DNA of 28,933 nucleotides from Armatimonadota bacterium (GCA_052386995.1 JBQTJP010000152.1:1-28933); one strand, 5' to 3'. Shown: positions 8,117 through 17,223, numbered from the stretch's first letter. Made by a program: numbers and translations. The notes: generated by a model from the letters alone, not told the origin.

Positions 8117-8853
8117 GTCTTCTGTGCCGTTTCCGGCATCGTGGCGTTTCCCTCTTGACCGCGGACCGCCACGAGCCGGGCCAGCCACTCTACGGCCTCG
8201 CTGAGCGGGATGACATCAGCGTACTTGGCATTCAGCTCAAAGAGGTTCACCGCGTGAGAAAGTCGGGACCTGTCGAATACCGCTTCCTCCGGGACGAAGA
8301 CCGCGTACCCCCACGAGAAGCCGTCCACGACGGTGGCCCGCACGCACCCGGACGTCGTCGTGCCGCATACGATCAGGCAGTCGATCCGCTCGCGATGCAG
8401 GTTGGCCAACAAGGGCGTCCCAAAAAAGGCGCTGGCCTTCGGCTTGGCGAGGACCAAGTCGCCGCCGCGCGGGGCGATCTCTTTGGGGATCTCCTGCGCG
8501 CCCGGCCGGGCCATTGGGGATCCCATGGCCCCGCTCTCGCCCTTCACGGTACCGCCGTAGAGCCGGTCGGCGCCGGGCTGCGCCGTCGTGTAGATCACGG
8601 GCACCGCCGCGGCACGGGCCGCCTCGAGCAGCACCTGGATGTGGGGTATCGCGTCCCATGCGGCAGGGCCGCACGACGTCGGCCAGGCCCGGATCGATTC
8701 GGCCATGCTCTGACTGGGCTCCCCGCAGAAGGCCCGCGTGACGTCAACGACGAGCAGTGCCGGACGCCGGCCTCGAGCCTGGGGCTGCCCCTTATGCGTC
8801 CCCTCGTAGACCGCTCGCTCGTGCTCGGCAAAGACCTCCTCCCACCAGCGCAT
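8113..8853 (-). CDS. Isochorismatase-family cysteine amidohydrolase (maleamate amidohydrolase NicF / N-carbamoylsarcosine amidase-like)
   Basis: PALLVVDV (Asp), KPKASAFFGT (Lys) and GTTTSGCVRATVVD (Cys) form the catalytic triad; start chosen by RBS spacing (8853, alternative 8859). Confidence 0.88.
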   Translation of the reverse strand: MRWWEEVFAEHERAVYEGTHKGQPQARGRRPALLVVDVTRAFCGEPSQSMAESIRAWPTSCGPAAWDAIPHIQVLLEAARAAAVPVIYTTAQPGADRLYGGTVKGESGAMGSPMARPGAQEIPKEIAPRGGDLVLAKPKASAFFGTPLLANLHRERIDCLIVCGTTTSGCVRATVVDGFSWGYAVFVPEEAVFDRSRLSHAVNLFELNAKYADVIPLSEAVEWLARLVAVRGQEGNATMPETAQKT

Positions 8854-8878
8854 CGTCATCACCCCTTTCAGTTCAGGA

Positions 8879-9577
8879 TCACGCCTCGTCTTCGCGCACG
8901 CCACGCAGCGTCCTGGTGAGACCGGCAAGCGTGGCGCGGAGGTGATTCTTCAGGTCCTCCTGGGCCCGAGCCACGTCGCCCGCCCGGCAGGATTCAAGAA
9001 TGCGCCGGTGCTCGGCGTTCGCTTCCTGGGTGCGATGCATCGCATGCCCGCCGGACCAGAAGTACCGCTCGACGCTTTGCCGCAGTTGCCGGATCTGCAG
9101 CCCAACGAACTCCTTGCCGGAGCGCCGGTACAGGGCGTCATGGAACCGATCGTTCAGCCGCATCCACTGGCGGTGGTCGCGCTCACGAGTCATCTGGCCG
9201 ACGAGGGACTCGAGCTCGGCGAAGTCTGCCGCCGTGAGATCCGGGACGGCAGCGCCAAGCGCCGTCGTCTCCAGGTAGATGCGCAGATCGAAGATCTCTC
9301 CCAGCGCAGACGGCGTGAGCGCGGAGACCACGGTCTGCCGGTGAGGCTCCGAGACGACCAGGCCTTCGGCTTCCAGCAGCCGGATGGCTTCGCGCACCGG
9401 CACACGACTCACCCCAAACTGCCTGGCCAGCTCCACCTGATTTAACTGTTCGCCCGCCCGAATCACGCCGGTGACGATGGCGTCGCGCAGCACGCCGGCG
9501 ACGATGTCGGGCGTGCTCTTCCGATTCTCCAGGGCGCGATCAACCATCGGGCGCAGATCGCTCAGCGGCAATGCCAT
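8879..9577 (-). CDS. GntR-family transcriptional regulator with FCD domain
   Basis: LRDAIVTG...ELARQFGVSRVPVREAIRLLEAEGLV HTH; C-terminal NDRFH, EHRRI and NHL FCD metal-binding residues. Start uncertain (9577 or 9571). Confidence 0.92.
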   Translation of the reverse strand: MALPLSDLRPMVDRALENRKSTPDIVAGVLRDAIVTGVIRAGEQLNQVELARQFGVSRVPVREAIRLLEAEGLVVSEPHRQTVVSALTPSALGEIFDLRIYLETTALGAAVPDLTAADFAELESLVGQMTRERDHRQWMRLNDRFHDALYRRSGKEFVGLQIRQLRQSVERYFWSGGHAMHRTQEANAEHRRILESCRAGDVARAQEDLKNHLRATLAGLTRTLRGVREDEA

Positions 9578-10337
9578 CACCTCCAGGACGAACCTCTCGA
9601 CCCGCGGTGTGTGGTCGGCTCCGTCTTCCAAGATAAAGGTAGCGCACGTTTTCGTCGGCCAGCACTGAGGCCGCGGTCCCGGACAGCGCCACCCGCCCCT
9701 GCTCGATCACATAGGCTCGATCGCTAATCCGCAACGCCGCGTACGCATTCTGTTCGATCAGGACCACGGTCATGCCCTCGCGGTTCAGCTGGCGAATCAC
9801 CCGGAACGTCTCCTGCACGAGAAGCGGGGCCAATCCGAGCGAGGGTTCGTCCAACAGCAACAGATGCGGACGTCCCATCAGGGCCCGGCCGATCGCGAGC
9901 ATCTGCTGCTGCCCCCCGCTCAGCGTGCCGGCGTTCTGCCGCTGACGCTCGCGCATGATCGGGAAGAGTTCGAACACCCGGGCCAGCCCTTCGGCGACTG
10001 TCTGTCGACGATCGGCGGCCGACCCATGGTGCCCCGCGAGGAGCAGATTGTCCAGCACGCTGAGGCCGGCGAAGACCTGCCGGCCTTCGGGGACCTGCCC
10101 CAGACCCATACGGGCCACGCGGTAGGCCGGGAACCGGGTGATATCCTCTCCATTCAGGAGGACGCGTCCGCGATACGGCTTGAGCAGGCCGGAGATCACC
10201 CGGAAGAGCGTGGTCTTCCCCGCGCCGTTGGCGCCCAGGATGCTGGCGATCTCACCCTGCCGCACGGTCAGGGACACATCGCGCAACACCTCGGTGCGGC
10301 CGTACGTGGCATGCACGCCATCCACATGTAGCATCAC
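9540..10337 (-). CDS. livF: Branched-chain amino acid-type ABC transporter ATP-binding protein
   Basis: GANGAGKT, VPEGRQVF, LSGGQQQMLAIGRALM, LLLDEPSLGLAP and IEQNA motifs. Confidence 0.93.
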   Translation of the reverse strand: MMLHVDGVHATYGRTEVLRDVSLTVRQGEIASILGANGAGKTTLFRVISGLLKPYRGRVLLNGEDITRFPAYRVARMGLGQVPEGRQVFAGLSVLDNLLLAGHHGSAADRRQTVAEGLARVFELFPIMRERQRQNAGTLSGGQQQMLAIGRALMGRPHLLLLDEPSLGLAPLLVQETFRVIRQLNREGMTVVLIEQNAYAALRISDRAYVIEQGRVALSGTAASVLADENVRYLYLGRRSRPHTAGREVRPGGDGIAAERSAPDG

Positions 10338-11110
10338 TGCACGCCTCCGGCGGTTGCGGATCCCAGGTACGCGTCGAGGACCGACGGATCGTTCTGTACG
10401 TCGTGGGGCGCACCTTCGGCGATCTTCTGCCCGTAGTTGAGCACGATCACCGCGTCGGACACGGTCATCACCAGATCCATCCGATGCTCAACGACCAGGA
10501 TCGTGAGCCCCTCACGCTTGATCTGCATGATCAGATCAGAGAGCACCTCGGTCTCCCTGTCGTTCAGGCCCGCCGCGGGTTCGTCGAGCAGGAGGAGCTG
10601 CGGATCGGATGCCAGCGCTCGAGCGAGCTGAAGGAGTTTCTGTTCGCCGGTGGACAGCCCGTCGGCCCGACGCCCGGCAAGATGAGCCAGGCCCACGCGG
10701 TCCAGACAGGCTTCGGCCACCGCCCGAGAGGCGGCCTGTTCCCGCCGCGCGCTCGGCAGCCCGAGAGCCGTCGAGACGTACCCGACACGCACGCGGCGAT
10801 GGTAGCCGACCACCGCATTCTCGAGCACGGTCATGTTGCGAAAGAGACGCGGATGCTGAAAGGTGCGCGCCAGCCCCAGGGCGGCGACTTCATACGGGAG
10901 GCGTCCGGTCACGTCGCGGTCCTTCACCAGCACACGCCCGGCATCCGGCGCGTAGACTCCCGTGATCAGGTTGAAGCAGGTGGTCTTGCCCGCGCCATTG
11001 GGGCCGATCAAGGACTTGACTTCTCCCTCGTGCAGCGAGAAGCTCACGTCCGCGACCGCCCGCAGGCCACCAAACGATTTGCCGAGGTGGTCGATCTCCA
11101 ACACGATCAT
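10334..11110 (-). CDS. livG: Branched-chain amino acid-type ABC transporter ATP-binding protein
   Basis: KSFGGLRAV, GPNGAGKT, ARTFQ, LLLDEPAAGL, VEH and AYLG motifs; ATG 11110 overlaps the livM TGA. Confidence 0.93.
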   Translation of the reverse strand: MIVLEIDHLGKSFGGLRAVADVSFSLHEGEVKSLIGPNGAGKTTCFNLITGVYAPDAGRVLVKDRDVTGRLPYEVAALGLARTFQHPRLFRNMTVLENAVVGYHRRVRVGYVSTALGLPSARREQAASRAVAEACLDRVGLAHLAGRRADGLSTGEQKLLQLARALASDPQLLLLDEPAAGLNDRETEVLSDLIMQIKREGLTILVVEHRMDLVMTVSDAVIVLNYGQKIAEGAPHDVQNDPSVLDAYLGSATAGGVQ

Positions 11111-12120
11111 GGGGAGACTCGCCGTCCCACGACCGTTGGCCCGCCCACCGCGGCCTTCTCGCGGATGCCAGCGAAGCGCTCGCCCGCGGCCCGCACCAGA
11201 CCCCACAGCCCCTCGGGCAGGTAGACCATCAGCACCACGAGCACGAGACCCTGGATGATCAGAAGATAGTTTTGGACGGCATTGAACGCCTCGGGGAGCA
11301 AGCGCAACAGGCCCGCGCCGAGGAACACTCCCCACAGCGAACCTTCGCCGCCGAGCACGAGCATGGTCACCATGGAGGTCGAGACCGTCCAGTTCACCAT
11401 TTCCGGAGAGATGAACCGCGTGTAGTGCGCAAGGACAATGCCGGCCAGGGCCGAGTACACCGACGCGATGAGAAAGATCTGGACCTTGAAGCGAAACACA
11501 TCGATCCCCATCGTGGCCGCCGCCAGCTCATCTTGCTTGATGGCCTCGAGGGTCTTCCCAAGCGGCGAGCGGACCAGGTTCCGTGTCACCCATACCAGGA
11601 ACGCGCATAAGCCCCAGACCAGCCAGAAGTTGGCCCGCTCGGATGCAAACACCACGCCGCCCACCCGGAAGTGCGGCACGCCGGTGATCCCCGACGCTCC
11701 GCCCGTGAGATCGCGAAGCCCGAGGAACAGGCCTTCGGTGATGATGACAAACCCGAGTGTGGCCAGGGCCAGGTTGAAGCCGGTGAGACGCGACCCGGGG
11801 ATCGCCATCACCGCGGCCACGGCGAGGACTGCCAGCACCGCGACCGGCACGGCGGCCAGCGGCTCCCAGTGGAGCCGGACCGTGAGAATCGCCGACACAT
11901 ACGCCGCGACCCCCATGAACCCGGCCTGCCCCAACGAGAGCAACCCGGTATACCCCTTGATCAGATCCAGCCCGAGCAACGCGACGCAATAGATGCCGAT
12001 TGTGATCAGGACGCTCAAATGGTACTCGTTGCGCACCACCAGCGGGAGGACAACGATGGCGGCCACGCCGGCCACCGCCGCGAGCGGGCGGCCGTATGCC
12101 ACCGGGGCAGGGATCCTCAT
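11107..12120 (-). CDS. livM: Branched-chain amino acid-type ABC transporter permease
   Basis: GYTGLLSLGQAGF, LALATLGF, LTGGASG, AIKQDELAAATMGI and LGGEGS motifs. Confidence 0.9.
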   Translation of the reverse strand: MRIPAPVAYGRPLAAVAGVAAIVVLPLVVRNEYHLSVLITIGIYCVALLGLDLIKGYTGLLSLGQAGFMGVAAYVSAILTVRLHWEPLAAVPVAVLAVLAVAAVMAIPGSRLTGFNLALATLGFVIITEGLFLGLRDLTGGASGITGVPHFRVGGVVFASERANFWLVWGLCAFLVWVTRNLVRSPLGKTLEAIKQDELAAATMGIDVFRFKVQIFLIASVYSALAGIVLAHYTRFISPEMVNWTVSTSMVTMLVLGGEGSLWGVFLGAGLLRLLPEAFNAVQNYLLIIQGLVLVVLMVYLPEGLWGLVRAAGERFAGIREKAAVGGPTVVGRRVSP

Positions 12121-12121
12121 C

Positions 12122-12994
12122 TCACGCCTGGGTCAGGGTCGTGCGTTTGTCGAGGCCCGCGCGGAGCACCAGGACGACGATCAGCACGATGAAAGCAGTC
12201 ACATCCTTGAACAGGGAAGAGAAATAGCCCGCGATGAGCGCCTCCAATACGCCGAGGAAGAGCCCGCCGGCGATGGCCCCGGTGATATTGCCCATGCGGC
12301 CGATCGTCGCGGCGACGAATCCCTTCAATCCGATCATCGTCCCGCCGTCGTACGACAGGAATGTGATGGGTGCGACCAGGACGCCGGCCAGGGCGGCTAC
12401 GCCCGCGCTCAGTCCGAAGGCCAGGCGGCTGGTCGCGACGACGTTGATCCCAATCATCTCGGCGGCCGCGCGGTTCTCCGCCGCGGCCAGCATCGCTTTG
12501 CCCAGCAGCGTGCGCTCGAAGAAGTACCAGAGTCCGATGGCGATCACGGCGATGCCACTCATGACCCAGAGGGCCTGCGGCAGGATTGCCAGGTTCCAGA
12601 AGAGCAGCGGGTCTGTACCCGAAAATGCCGGCAGCGACATCGGCTCGTTGCCCCAGAGGACCAGTGCCAGACCCCGCAGCAGGATCGACGTGCCCAGGGT
12701 GATCACCAGGAGCACCGTCATGGTCTGACTACGCGCCGGCCGGACCGCCATCCGCTCAAACACGAGTCCCATCAGCGCCACGACCAGAATGGCCACCAGG
12801 CACGCCAGCCACAGGGGGTGATGTGCGACCGTGACCAGCGAGAACGTGAGCAGGGCGCCCACGGCGAGAAACTCTCCCTGGGCGAGGTTCAGCACGCGGC
12901 TGACCTTGAAGATGAGCGACACGCCGATCGCGACCAGCGCGTAGATGCTGCCGGCTGTCAGCCCTCCCAAGACCGCCTGCAGGAACGTTTCCAC
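12122..12994 (-). CDS. livH: Branched-chain amino acid-type ABC transporter permease
   Basis: GSIYALVAIGVSLIF, NLAQGEF, GKAMLAAAEN...GIN and KGFVAA motifs. Confidence 0.9.
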   Translation of the reverse strand: METFLQAVLGGLTAGSIYALVAIGVSLIFKVSRVLNLAQGEFLAVGALLTFSLVTVAHHPLWLACLVAILVVALMGLVFERMAVRPARSQTMTVLLVITLGTSILLRGLALVLWGNEPMSLPAFSGTDPLLFWNLAILPQALWVMSGIAVIAIGLWYFFERTLLGKAMLAAAENRAAAEMIGINVVATSRLAFGLSAGVAALAGVLVAPITFLSYDGGTMIGLKGFVAATIGRMGNITGAIAGGLFLGVLEALIAGYFSSLFKDVTAFIVLIVVLVLRAGLDKRTTLTQA

Positions 12995-13002
12995 CCGGTC
13001 GA

Positions 13003-14181
13003 CTACTTGACGGCAAACACCGGCCGCAGCTTGCCCTTTTCGACCACCATCGGGATTGCGGAGGCGGCGTCCAGGCCCCGGTGGTCGTCCCGCGAGAAGT
13101 TGTAGACGCCGACCACCCCGACGAAGTTGCGGATCCCTTCGATGGCTTCTACCACGGCCATCGGCGAAGTGCTCCCCGCGCGCCGGATGCCCTCACTCAG
13201 AATCAAGAGCGCGTCATGCCCCGTGCCCGTCCCGATCCCGCCTTCCTTGCCGAATCGAGCCAGGTGTTTGTTCTGCATCCCGGCGACGACCTTCTGCTGA
13301 GGATCCTTGAGCGAGATGTGGTGCCAGATCAGATCCTTCGTCCCGAAGACGTACAGCGGACCGGTCTGGAGCGCGGAGATGCTTTGGATGAATCCAGGCG
13401 ACAGGTTGCCATGGGAGGTCACGATGGGCACCGTAATGCCCAGTTGCTTGGCCCCCTGCAGGACGACCCCCAGCGGGCGGCCGACGACCCACGAGATGAT
13501 CGCGTCGGGCTGCGTGCCTTTGATTCGATTCAACTGAGGTGTGACGTCGACATCCGTCGGGAGGAAACTTTCGATCCTTGTTATTCGCACGCCGGCTTTG
13601 GGCGCGTTCGCGCTCAGGAAACGCTCGGCGATCTGCCCCGTCGCATCATTCGTCAGCAGCAGCGCCACCTTCTTGAGGTTTCGCTCTGCGAGAAACTGGA
13701 GCGCCCGCTGTTGCGTGTGGCCCACAAAGACCGTGCCGGCAAACATCATGCGGTGGTCTGGGGCATAGGCGCCCGACAGCGAGTAGGTCGGCGGGCCGTT
13801 CTGCACCAGCGGTGCCACCGCGGCCGACTCGCTGATCAATCCCAGGCCCACGATGGCGACCACCCGGTCTTCCTGAATCAACTTCCTGGCTCCGATCACC
13901 GCCTGCTGGGGGCTAGTCTCGGTGTTGTGTACCACCAGCTCGATCGGCCGCCCGCCGATCCCGCCTTTGGCGTTCAGCTCCTCGGCGAAGAGCGCCGCCC
14001 CGTTGAGGTTCTCCTCCCCGTACCAGCTGAAGAAGCCGGTCTGGGACACCAGCATTCCGATCTTGATCGGCTCCACGGCCGGCGCAGCCCCACCAGTCCC
14101 GGCAAGGAGCAGCAGCGCCATGCACAACATCAGCACTGCCGCCGCACGCGACACGTGATTGCCTGTCATCCTCACGTACAT
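13003..14181 (-). CDS. LivJ/K-like (HAAT) periplasmic substrate-binding protein
   Basis: Signal peptide, IKIG, NAKGGIGGRPIEL, DVTPQL and GVVGVYNFSRDDHRG; ATG 14181 follows AAGGAGGT. Confidence 0.9.
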   Translation of the reverse strand: MYVRMTGNHVSRAAAVLMLCMALLLLAGTGGAAPAVEPIKIGMLVSQTGFFSWYGEENLNGAALFAEELNAKGGIGGRPIELVVHNTETSPQQAVIGARKLIQEDRVVAIVGLGLISESAAVAPLVQNGPPTYSLSGAYAPDHRMMFAGTVFVGHTQQRALQFLAERNLKKVALLLTNDATGQIAERFLSANAPKAGVRITRIESFLPTDVDVTPQLNRIKGTQPDAIISWVVGRPLGVVLQGAKQLGITVPIVTSHGNLSPGFIQSISALQTGPLYVFGTKDLIWHHISLKDPQQKVVAGMQNKHLARFGKEGGIGTGTGHDALLILSEGIRRAGSTSPMAVVEAIEGIRNFVGVVGVYNFSRDDHRGLDAASAIPMVVEKGKLRPVFAVK

Positions 14182-14219
14182 AGACTTCCACCTCCTTTGA
14201 GATCGACGCATCGGCGGAA

Positions 14220-15209
14220 TCAGGCAAACGGCTTGAGTTGCGGCCAGTCGCCCAGTTCCTTCCCGAGGCCTTTTGCCCGGGCCGATTCGTAGACCCGGCC
14301 CGCCACCACCAGGTCCTGGAGCGCTGTGCCCACGGTCTTGACGACCACGATGTCGCCGGCCCGCTCCCTCGAACGAATCTTGCCCCCGATCACGTCTCCT
14401 ATGGACACGATGTGGTCCTCACGCAGCACTCCCGCGTCGAGCGCGGCGCGTATGTCGCCGGATTCGGTCTTGACCTGGCCCACCGAATCGGTCACGACAC
14501 GGTGTGCCCGCCCCAGCGTCCCCTCATCAAGTTCGCGTAGGTCTGGACGCGTCGAGCCGATTGAGAGCAGCGTGGCGCCGTCGGGCACCCACGAGCTGTG
14601 GATCACCGGCTCCGCGCTCTTCGTGGCGAGTCCCACCACCGGCGCCTGACGCAGCACCGCGGATGGCTCATCGACCGCCCGCACGGACATACCGAGGCGC
14701 CCGGACATCTCCCGCGCGAACGCCTCGCGGTTCTCCTTCCGCCGGCTGTAGACGGCGACCTCCGAGAAAGAGAGCAGCCGCGACATGGCCTCCAGCAGCC
14801 CCCGCGCTTCGAAGCCGCTGCCCAGCATGCCCGCCGTCGAGAACCGGCCGTTGACGGTGTGGCGCGCGGCCAGGGCGGCGGTGGCCGCCGTGCGCATCTG
14901 GGTGATGCGGGCCGCGTCCAGGAGCGCCAGCAGCTCGCCGCTGGCGCTATTGAAAAGGATGATCATGTAGCGCAGCCCATTGCCCTGGACCAGATTCATG
15001 ATCTTGCAGCCCATGTACGCCGATGGGCCGGTGGCGTCGATAACGCCGGGCATGACGCGGAACCACCCGCTGGGAGCAGGGATTGTGATGCGGGTGGGCA
15101 TCTGGACGCGCCCGTCCGCCTCTGCTCGAAAGCCCTGTAACAGGCTCTCTATGACCTGCGGGTATTCCAGACAGGCGGCGACCTCATCGGGACCGAGCAG
15201 AAGTGCCAT
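14220..15209 (-). CDS. Ornithine cyclodeaminase / mu-crystallin family protein (possible imine reductase or deaminase)
   Basis: FRVMPG, ITQMRTAA, GMLGSGFEA (Rossmann), ATKS, SIGS...RELD and KTVGTALQD motifs. Confidence 0.9.
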   Translation of the reverse strand: MALLLGPDEVAACLEYPQVIESLLQGFRAEADGRVQMPTRITIPAPSGWFRVMPGVIDATGPSAYMGCKIMNLVQGNGLRYMIILFNSASGELLALLDAARITQMRTAATAALAARHTVNGRFSTAGMLGSGFEARGLLEAMSRLLSFSEVAVYSRRKENREAFAREMSGRLGMSVRAVDEPSAVLRQAPVVGLATKSAEPVIHSSWVPDGATLLSIGSTRPDLRELDEGTLGRAHRVVTDSVGQVKTESGDIRAALDAGVLREDHIVSIGDVIGGKIRSRERAGDIVVVKTVGTALQDLVVAGRVYESARAKGLGKELGDWPQLKPFA

Positions 15210-15246
15210 TGAGTCCCCCTGTGTATCGGTCGTGCTATCCCTTAAT

Positions 15247-15264
15247 CTGTATACTGTTGACAGT
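15247..15264. promoter_or_regulatory. Putative GntR/FCD operator for the catabolic operon
   Basis: Overlapping near-palindromes CTGTATACTG (15247-15256) and ACTGT-TG-ACAGT (15253-15264), about 40-55 bp upstream of the first gene; they resemble TGTATACA/TGTCGACA GntR boxes. Confidence 0.6.
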
Positions 15265-15311
15265 GAGTCAGGCTTCCATGTGCTCAGCGGACCTCCTTCC
15301 GCGTGAGCCGA

Positions 15312-16703
15312 CTATGGTCGAGGGCCTGTGGCCGTCCAGAACCTAAAGCGCCGGACTTCCCGGCCGCGCGCGACAATGGGAAGCGGCGCGTGCGGTATGA
15401 CCTGGGAGAAGAACTCCTCCGGTCGGGCGGTGGGCCGCCATTCCGCAGCCACCACCCACACCGCCGACGCGGCCGAAAGTTGAGAAGGCGCGGACCAGAC
15501 CGATCCCACAGGTGGTTTGGGGATCGTGACCGGGCGGCGACGACGGGTGTGGTACGCGAGCTGAGCCGCACCCTCGAAATGGTCGACGATGTAGATCGCC
15601 GGTGCGGGCAGTCCCGTTGCCAGCTCTTCAGCGCGTGTTGCCACCTCACGCCAGCCGGCGACCGACTCCACCATCCCGGGTGGCGCGGGAATCGAGGAGA
15701 TGAGCGGGAGGACTGTGGCATACGCGATGACCGCGGCATTGATGCCCATGGCGATAGCCGCACGCATCCCAGGCCACAGGCCCCCCAGCACGACGGCGAG
15801 CCCGAGGTACGCGGGGCCCGCCCAATACCCATGCGCGCCGCCCCATATCGAGACCACCATGACGAGAAGGACGAGCGTCGGCAGGATCATCCAGAGGAGG
15901 AATGCCAGGCGATCATCGCCGCGCCTGCGCAGCGCGGGCACGACCATCCACAGGAGCACCGGCGCGAGCGCCAGGGCGAAGACCAGTTGCTCGATGCTGA
16001 TCGCGACCAAGCCGGCGAAACTCACCGGGACCTGCTGGGGACGCTCGTGCAGGACGAAGCGGACCGCCGCCCACCCATTCCCGGCGTTCCAGACCAGCAC
16101 CGGCGTAAAGAGGGCCAGCGCGATGGCGGTGCCGCGATCGAGCCAGGGCGAACGCAGCGCCTCGCGGCGTCGCGTCAGCGCAAACCCGAGTGCGCCCAAC
16201 GGCAGCGCGACCATCGTCATCTTGCTCAGCATCCCAAGTCCGATTGCCGCGCCCGCCGGCACCCACCACGAGGGCTTTCCCCACAAGGCGCGCCGCGCAC
16301 ACACGAGCGCCAGGCTCCACCACAGAAAGAGCGGCGTCTCCGGGGTGGCGAAGAGGCCGGCGCCGAAGAGCACCGGCACGAGCTGAAACACCGCCGCGGC
16401 GATCAAGCCCGCGCGTACGCCAAACATCTCGCGGCCGAGAGTGAACAGAGCCAGAGGTGTCACCACACCCGCGATGAGCGGTCCCAGCCGCACCCACAGC
16501 TCGCCGTCACCGAATGCCGTCGTGAGACGAATGAGATACGCGAGAAACGGCGGATGGTCCAGGAAGGAGAGCGCCGGCGTCTTCGACCAGACCCAGTAGT
16601 AGGTCTCACCGTCAAGGAGAGGCACGCTCCCCGCCAGCACAACGCGCACGGCGAGTCCGGCGAGTACGATGCCCGCTACGATCAGTCGCTCACGTGGGGT
16701 CAC
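15312..16703 (-). CDS. GT39/ArnT/PMT_2-like GT-C membrane glycosyltransferase
   Basis: ETYYWVWS...FLDHPP, PETPLLF-like segment, GMLSK, WN...GW and HGYW motifs, multiple TM segments. Start moved to GTG 16703 so that it does not overlap tRNA-Thr. Confidence 0.85.
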   Translation of the reverse strand: MTPRERLIVAGIVLAGLAVRVVLAGSVPLLDGETYYWVWSKTPALSFLDHPPFLAYLIRLTTAFGDGELWVRLGPLIAGVVTPLALFTLGREMFGVRAGLIAAAVFQLVPVLFGAGLFATPETPLFLWWSLALVCARRALWGKPSWWVPAGAAIGLGMLSKMTMVALPLGALGFALTRRREALRSPWLDRGTAIALALFTPVLVWNAGNGWAAVRFVLHERPQQVPVSFAGLVAISIEQLVFALALAPVLLWMVVPALRRRGDDRLAFLLWMILPTLVLLVMVVSIWGGAHGYWAGPAYLGLAVVLGGLWPGMRAAIAMGINAAVIAYATVLPLISSIPAPPGMVESVAGWREVATRAEELATGLPAPAIYIVDHFEGAAQLAYHTRRRRPVTIPKPPVGSVWSAPSQLSAASAVWVVAAEWRPTARPEEFFSQVIPHAPLPIVARGREVRRFRFWTATGPRP

Positions 16704-16739
16704 GGCAGTTCCGGAGAGACGGAAGAGGGTGTCAATTTC

Positions 16740-16814
16740 TGGAGCCGGCGAGGAGATTTGAACTCCTGACCTGCGCATTACGAGTGCGCTGCTCTACCAC
16801 TGAGCTACGCCGGC
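16740..16814 (-). tRNA. tRNA-Thr(CGT)
   Basis: GCCGGCG TAGCTCAGTGGTAGAGC A GCGCA CT-CGT-AA TGCGC AGGTC AGGAG TTCAAAT CTCCT CGCCGGC TCCA; full cloverleaf, encoded CCA, 75 nt. Confidence 0.97.
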
Positions 16815-16826
16815 TCGGGCGCACCC

Positions 16827-16856
16827 ATTGTAACAAAAGAAGGGACTCTGAGTCAC
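16827..16856 (-). promoter_or_regulatory. Sigma70-type promoter for tRNA-Thr
   Basis: Extended -10 TGtTACAAT (TACAAT at 16827-16832), GTGACT 18 bp upstream, and a GC-rich discriminator before the tRNA. Confidence 0.65.
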
Positions 16857-16947
16857 CCGCCGGCCCGCGAAGGTCGCGAGAAAATCCAGGAAGGATTCTT
16901 CGAAGTCCGCGCGAACATCGGCACCAATCGCTGCGAAGCGGGGTGCT

Positions 16948-17223
16948 GTGATGACCGAGCGGCTGTGGGAGATTTACGAGCAGCTCTGTCTGGTCGAAAT
17001 GAAAGACATCCACCAGTTCGTCCGTCGCGTCAAGGCAGGCGAGTTCGGTGAGTTCGCTCGCGAGGACGTCATCGCCTTCCTCCGCCAGATCGAGGACAAC
17101 ATGATGTCCAACATCCACAGCAAGGCGATGGAGCATCATCGCTACGCCGAGCTGGAGGATCAGGTGAGCGAAGACACGCACATCATGTTCGATGAACTCG
17201 TCGAGGAGTTCGAGCGGGCCTGA
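16948..17223 (+). CDS. Small acidic helical hypothetical protein
   Basis: Strong GC3 codon bias and protein-like composition (E/D/M/H-rich); converges on a shared hairpin with the aminopeptidase gene. No family recognised. Confidence 0.7.
   Translation: MMTERLWEIYEQLCLVEMKDIHQFVRRVKAGEFGEFAREDVIAFLRQIEDNMMSNIHSKAMEHHRYAELEDQVSEDTHIMFDELVEEFERA

Noticed and set aside
4731..8853. Canonical nicotinate degradation cluster
   Set aside because: No 6-hydroxynicotinate reductase, NicC monooxygenase, NicX, NicD or NicE homologs, and the VOC dioxygenase and aldolase do not belong to either known route.
16704..16778. Track start of the first GT39 ORF inside tRNA-Thr
   Set aside because: The extension is simply the tRNA sequence; GTG 16703 gives an N-terminus comparable to the paralog.
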